DNA of 63,110 nucleotides, counting the filler, from Craspedostauros australis (lineage: Eukaryota): the NCBI GenBank assembly GCA_030167865.1. It is 9 parts of 9 records of this genome, joined end to end, with 100 filler letters (N's around TTAATTAATTAA, not from the genome) between each part and the next. Parts side by side here need not be neighbours in the genome. Positions count along the whole stretch, not along the records: positions 54,775 to 59,984 come from JALAGF010005603.1; positions 60,085 to 63,110 come from JALAGF010005607.1; 7 more parts are not named here. One strand, written 5' to 3'. This document shows, piece after piece, positions 56,911 through 63,110 of the stretch. The notes beneath the pieces were generated by a model, which worked only from the letters and a program-made list of their open reading frames with translations, searched no databases and had not been told where the DNA came from. How positions within the stretch are numbered: position 1 is the first letter of the stretch; each line of letters begins with the position of its first letter. A program made the translations under genes and the position numbers.

Positions 56911-59902
56911 TGGCCCCATTCAGGATAGAATCGTACGTTTTTGCGGATTTGACATCGTAAAACGTGATATATTTAGATAACGATACGGCGTGTTGTCAAT
57001 TAGGGTTAGATATAGTTAGCTAGCTTATACGACACAAATACCTGACTGACTTGTCTTCACCGCGGACGAAATTGATGACGTCTTTGACGGTCGATATCAG
57101 ACGGCGATGGTATTGACGGTGTGGATGGTGACGTTGTCGCAGATTCGGTGTTGCCTTGATTCCTTGCGTTGTTGGTGATTTGGTTCTGTTGTGTGCTTCC
57201 TTGTTGTGTCAAACAGCACAGCGTTGGTGGCAGCGTTGGTGGCAGCGTCCCTGCACGTCCATGTTCACAGCAACAGCAACACTTGAGAATACCACACAAC
57301 ACAGTATTATATAATGTAATGGATCACAGTGGCTTATCCTGTGGTATGCAAAATATTGTATAATACTATATAATGTTGAGCTTAGTTTGTAAATACAAAG
57401 TCCTGCGCAACCTGTATCTCTCCCCTTGCTGAGCTGATGGCACGACGCGGAAAGATGCTGGTGGCGGCAGTGTTGTTTCCTTTGTTGTGTTTCAGTGGTT
57501 GTCGGTTGATTTTGACCTTTCCTGTTGTGGCAGCCATCATTGTGCAAATNNNNNNNNNNNNNNNNNNNNNNNNNNNNNNNNNNNNNNNNNNNTTTTTTCC
57601 AATTCCATGGTTCCGTTTGCATGATCTGGCGTCAGAGCACGTTTTGGTGCTTCTGATCCTGGTGGTGGGACAGACGTTGAATTTGTCATTTTGAGGGATC
57701 GAGCAGAGACAAACAACATGAGAATGCGCTCTACTGTCAAACCATTCTGCTGATAATAGAGCTAAACTAGTATCCATCTCAGAGAGAGAGACTACGAATC
57801 ATTTGACTCGTCAGCATTCCAGTAGATCGAACGAATACTTCACCGGCCCCCACGACTGGGGACAGATCCAGAACCTTGAAGCAGATCTTCGGAACCCGTG
57901 TCAGGGAACCAATAGGGTTCCAATAACCAAGTTTCTGACACCCACCATCGCCAAAACGCCAACACACGGAACCAGGGCACCAGCAACGCGCATCATCGCC
58001 CATTGTCTCTCACAAAACTCAGACAACGGATCTCGACCCATGGTACTTGGGCTACACAAACCCCACGCATTGTCATTCAGGACACCACAGGAGATCCTCC
58101 CCAAAGGAAAGAACCATAGCACTAATCTCATAATCCGCACGTTTCTTCACCATCTACCAGTATTCTCAATTGACTACTTGTGGAACAGAAGACTCACGTT
58201 CGGACCGCTTGCCAGTCAAGCCTCTGCCTACAGCTAAAGAACAGCCAACAAGACAACAGCCATTACGTTTGGGCTCTATTAGCTGAGAATCGGACATCCA
58301 GTGTTGGTGCAGATCAGCCAAAGAGTGTTTCGTACCTGGTTTTGCAGGGGAAGCCAAGTCAAGGGCGGACTGCTACTAGCCGCGACAGCTTTTTGGCTGC
58401 TGTGGTCACATCGGATGATCCGTTCAACATTTTGCATCTGGTGATCTGTGGGAGGGTGCGTTGAGTGTGACAGTTTTTCTCAACTGTTGCCATCCTTGCC
58501 TTCGACATGGAATACAGTCTATTCCAGCATTATCACATGGGCTGGACCATCCATCCACCAACTTTTCCATGCACCCGTGGAAGCATTCAACTTGGCATGC
58601 GCTGCCAACGTATTGCAATGTTGGTGCTGAGCATGGTATACTCTGGGAAAAGATCCATCCACAGACGCACCTCACATCAATTCTGCTCTCCCATACATGT
58701 ACAGACCCATCATACTTCTACCAGGCCGGGTCCATGCTTTTCATAGCATCCCATGTGGGCTTGCACGATACACGAATAGATGGCGTTGTCCATCCCTCCA
58801 TCCATCCAACCATCAGCAGGCAAGCAGGTGGCCACAAGAGACAACATGGCCATCATGACGACTGCATCCAAAGCCTCCAGCCACCAACATCCTTGGAACA
58901 TGCACANNNNNNNNNNNNNNNNNNNNNNNNNNNNNNNNNNNNNNNNNNNNNNAACAGTGGAGGTTGCTGGAGAAGAACCAATAGGATTGAGTAGCAGCAG
59001 TAGCAGCATCATCTTATCTACTCCTGTTGTGAAGAGCACGCCAAGACATCAACCATGCGCCCTTTTGTGCAGTCTGTACAAAACTGGAGAGAGTTGCTGG
59101 CTATTGTGCCATTGGTGTCAACAGAAGACAGGTTCCAGCATAAACTGTGTGCCTTCGTTGGTACAAATCCTGATATCTTTGGCTGCACCAGGATCCTCGA
59201 TTACATCAGGATCAGCAGTACCAATTCAATCCGCAACAGAGGGCGTGGCAACTCCAGCAGCAGTGGAACGGGAACAAGAAGAGGAGGCAGGAGGCATTGT
59301 GCAAGGTTCCTTGCAGCCACACCTCCTCATTCTGCCACCATTAGTACAGCAGTGGCCAGTGGCCATGCACAATATATGCTCAGGACACCAGATGTCAAAA
59401 CAAGGTTTAGTACTCCTGCAACTGGTGATATCATCATGATTCCAACAACCACAAGGAAGGAGTGCCAATCGAAACGGCTTTGAACCGCCTTGCAACACCA
59501 AGTCGGCCGGATTTGAGTGAGCTGGGTCCCAGCCTCCACAGCCAACATGGTTGTGACCTTGTGACCACGGCAAGATCTCACTGCTAGTTGGATTCTCCCC
59601 CATGTACAACCTTTGAAATTGGTCCATGGGCAATCAGAACGTTGGCACTGTCCGCGATGGTCATTGGCATATGTCGGTAGAATTTCCACAAGGTTGTGGC
59701 GGGGAACGAATGCAGACGCCTATCATTGCCAAGGAGGCGATTTCCTTGAACAGCAACTTGTGCAATGACTTTCCATCCCAGGTGCACAATGATAACTATC
59801 AGGGACAGTGTTATTCCATTCCACACAGACCCCTGGTCATGCCATCTTCCATGTAAACTGCCAGGATGCATCAGCTCACATCTTCCCTGCTGATCCCAAC
59901 CT
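56911..59902. mobile_element. TIR element 3, a copy of element 2 in opposite orientation, partial
   Basis: TA (56909-56910) then TGGCCCCATTCAGGATAGAATCGTACG; matches the reverse complement of ~43588-46556. Confidence 0.88.
57754..58281. mobile_element. Second copy of the TA...TA element
   Basis: TAATAGAGC...GCTCTATTA with TSD GCTGA (57749-57753 and 58282-58286). The empty site is seen at ~45711-45730. Confidence 0.88.
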
Positions 59903-60086
59903 GATAATCAGCAATTACACACAGGACAAGAGGGGAGCACCAAACACTGCACTTACAACGCCGCCTGGGTGATCAATCCAATAGNNNNNNNNNNNNNNNN
60001 NNNNNNNNNNNNNNNNNNNNNNNNNNNNTTAATTAATTAANNNNNNNNNNNNNNNNNNNNNNNNNNNNNNNNNNNNNNNNNNNNCC

Positions 60087-60625
60087 GACGACTACATCGA
60101 AGACTCCTTCTTCGATAACTTCGAGTGCGTCGGAAGTGACGACGAAGTGCAGGACGATGAGATCGTCCTGGAGTGGCTCAGCGAGGAGCCAATCATCCAC
60201 GAGGTGGACCCAAGACGCGAAGTGAGCTACGAATGCTGCTTCAACGCGCACGACCTGATCGGTNNNNNNNNNNNNNNNNNNNNNNNNNNNNNNNNNNNNN
60301 NNNNNNNNNNNNNNNNNNNNNNNNNNNNNNNNNNNNNNNNNNNNNNNNNNNACGCCGACGAGGACGGCGCAGATGAAGACGACGAGGCGAACCGCGACGA
60401 GTTGCCTCCTCCTCAAGCTGGGAGATACGAGAGAACAGGAACCTTCATCAATCAAGACCAAGGCGAAACGAACCGCGCCGCGGCGCCACCTCCTCCGGCG
60501 GCGGGGAACAACAGATCGGGCATCTTCGACGAAGATGACAGCGACGAAACCGAAGATCATCCAGACGACAGCTTCAATCCAAACGAGCGTGTCGTCTATC
60601 CAGCGAATATCGACTTCCCGGATAA
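60087..60625 (+). CDS. Acidic protein fragment interrupted by a CoDi insertion
   Basis: Open D/E-rich frame (DDYIEDSFFDNFECV...YPANIDFPD) running into the LTR at 60626. Confidence 0.5.
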
Positions 60626-61171
60626 TATTAGCACAACGCTTTATTCACCTGATTCGTTTTCTGATTAGTCTGTCCTTGTATGTGCTGAAACGATGCTTTC
60701 CTCAGACACATGATTTTCGGCATGAGGGACACACTAGAGAGAACATCAGAGATTCAGTCTGGCCACCACCCGGCAAACATGTGATGTCCAATTCAACCTG
60801 ATATACTTCCCAACTAAACCTGAAATGACAACACACCCGACGACCTCAAGCATCATCAATGGAATGTGGAATCGACAGANNNNNNNNNNNNNNNNNNNNN
60901 NNNNNNNNNNNNNNNNNNNNNNNNNNNNNGAAGACATCATCGCCACATCATGGGTCATCTCCACATCAGAACAAGATCGCAGAGGTGCAATGACCGAGAG
61001 CTGACCTTGAAGATAGCAACACGAGATACAACTCAATGAAGATAACATAGAACCAGAAGTCACTCAACCCAAACAGTGTCTTCACTCACCAGCTTGTCAC
61101 CCTCGTCCTGAAAGACTTGATCTCTCTTGAAGGACTCGTGTGATTTCGCTGTGTACGATAACGAGATAACA
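60626..61171 (+). repeat. 5' LTR of a second CoDi copy; PBS at 61172-61193
   Basis: TATTAGCAC...GAGATAACA followed by GATTAACAGTCGCAAGCACTAC; expected TSD GATAA. Confidence 0.9.
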
Positions 61172-61373
61172 GATTAACAGTCGCAAGCACTACGTCCTGA
61201 CCTGACTGAGTGAACCCCTCTCCAAACCACCGAGCTGATCACATCAGCAACGAACCAACTGCATCACATGACGACGTGAAGCAAGAACCGAACAACAACA
61301 AGAGCCTTTCAAGGCAGCGCACCCGAACACACCGAGCACAGCGTATCCGCTTCTCCGTGACGAACCGAACAAG

Positions 61374-63110
61374 ATGACAGAATCCACCGACCCCATCACC
61401 GTACTGAACCACGTCCTCAAGGCCGTGGGTATCTACGACGACTCCGACCATCGCCGCGTTATCATCGACGCAGCGGTGGAGAACGTTGACGACCTCACCT
61501 TCCTCACCAAGGAAGACCTCGACGGTCTTCATCGCGACATCACTCCCACCTCGGGAGACACATACTCATGCCGATTGACCGCGTTGCACATTCGCAAGAT
61601 CCTCGCACTCCCAATGTGGTATGACGCGCAAGCTGGCGACGGCGAATCCGTCTGGCTTGACCTGAACGCTGCGAGGCTCCAGACCTTCATGAGAGCTGAA
61701 CTCAAGAAGCGCGTGGATGCCTCCATGCCGACACCCGAACCCACCATGTCATCCATGGTGACACCACCACCACCACCTGAACCTGTCTCTGATGGAGCCG
61801 CTGCCTTCGACAAGGGCATCAAGCGGAACCTCAGCGACTATCCGATCCTGAAGAGCGANGANCAGTTCATGNTCTTCGACCGACGTCTCCGAGCCACCGC
61901 TGCAGCGCACGGTGTGAAGAACGTCGTAGACCCCGAGTACCTCCCGACCCAAGACGAGGCTGACCTGTTCGACAAACAGCGCACCTTCCTCTTCTACGTC
62001 TTGACCCACTGCCTCAGGACCACGAAGAGCCGCAACTGTCTCCAGGCATACGCCGATGACGAGAACGGTCATGGGGTGTATACCATGCTCCGTGAGGAGT
62101 ACGCGACCGGAGTAGCCGCAGCCAACAAGGCCCAGCTGATCCAGGAGGAGATCCGGAACCTCAAGCTGAACCACTCCTGGAACAGCAGCCGCGAAGCCTT
62201 CGTGAACAGCTGGCTCAGCAAGATCAACGACCTCGAGGAGATCCAGGATGCCCCTGTCTCTGAGGACTGGAAGCTCCAGTGGCTCAAGGAAGCCATCTCC
62301 CCTGATGCTGATCTCTTCCGTTCCCTTGACGACGCCGATGCTCTTCAGAGCAACTTGGCGTTGGCGACAGGAAAGGCCGACTTCAGACTGGACTTCGATG
62401 CCTTCCTTGGAGTTGTTCGCAGATCCGCACAGCGCAACGATCTCCGCGTCCCACGCAACAAGACCAAGCATAGGGTCAACAACACAAGCAAGGACGCAAG
62501 CAACAACGAGAACAAGACCAACCAATCCAAGAACAAGAACACGAACAAGAGAATCCCAGACAACGAATGGAAGCAAATGACATGGGATCAGAAGAAGGCC
62601 CACATGCAATCCAAGGGTACTTGGGATGCCAAGTACACCAGGGATACATCGAACAGGCAGGCCAACAAGACATCCGCCACTGGCAATGGGGGTGGTGGGC
62701 AAGCTAAGTCCACCTCGACCTCAGGCAGCGCCGGTTCTGACGAACTCCCCGGCGATGCCATCAAGCGTATGCTGGCCAATGCCACGACCAACACCAACAC
62801 TTCTGACGAAGTCACCATCCAGGGCAAGGTCTACCGAGCTGTTCAGGCCACAGTCCTGCAATACAGCTTCAACAAGACCGATGTTGCGAAGTCCGGTTCC
62901 CTGATTGACAGCGGTGCGAATGGAGGATTGGCAGGCGAAGATGTGACTATCATCAGCCGTACCAACCATACCGCCGACATCAGCGGGATTGGAGACACCG
63001 CAATCGTCAACCTGGACATCGGAACAGTTGCTGGACTCGTCATGTCCACCGAGGGACCTATCATCGCGAAGTTCCACCAATACGCCCTCTATGGCAAGGG
63101 CAAGACGATT
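61374..63110 (+). mobile_element. CoDi gag-protease ORF running off the window
   Basis: MTESTDPITVLNHVLK...LIDSGANGGLAG; near-identical to 25209 onward. Absent from the ORF track because it has no stop. Confidence 0.92.

Noticed and set aside
57754..58650. Apparent internal inversion between elements 2 and 3
   Set aside because: Fully explained by two independent insertions with their own TSDs; the host sequence is collinear.

Overview
Eukaryotic DNA, most likely a diatom (inferred from CoDi-type Ty1/copia elements, a short GT-AG intron and the gene families). The window is nine contigs joined by artificial N-TTAATTAATTAA-N linkers, so adjacency across linkers means nothing. Host-type genes: a long, 5'-disrupted TLDc-domain gene, a GHSAG alpha/beta hydrolase, a STAND-type ATPase/TPR protein and two paralogous ankyrin-BTB genes. 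Most of the rest is nested mobile DNA: a tyrosine-recombinase pseudogene abutting a modular repeat array; CoDi copia elements with TA...CA LTRs and a primer site matching the 5' half of tRNA-Asn; two TA-flanked TIR elements inserted back-to-back, plus a third copy with its empty allele beside it; a TA...TA, 5-bp-TSD element inserted twice into that family; and an internally deleted LINE with a slightly decayed type III hammerhead ribozyme at its 5' end. All calls are by eye; no searches were run.
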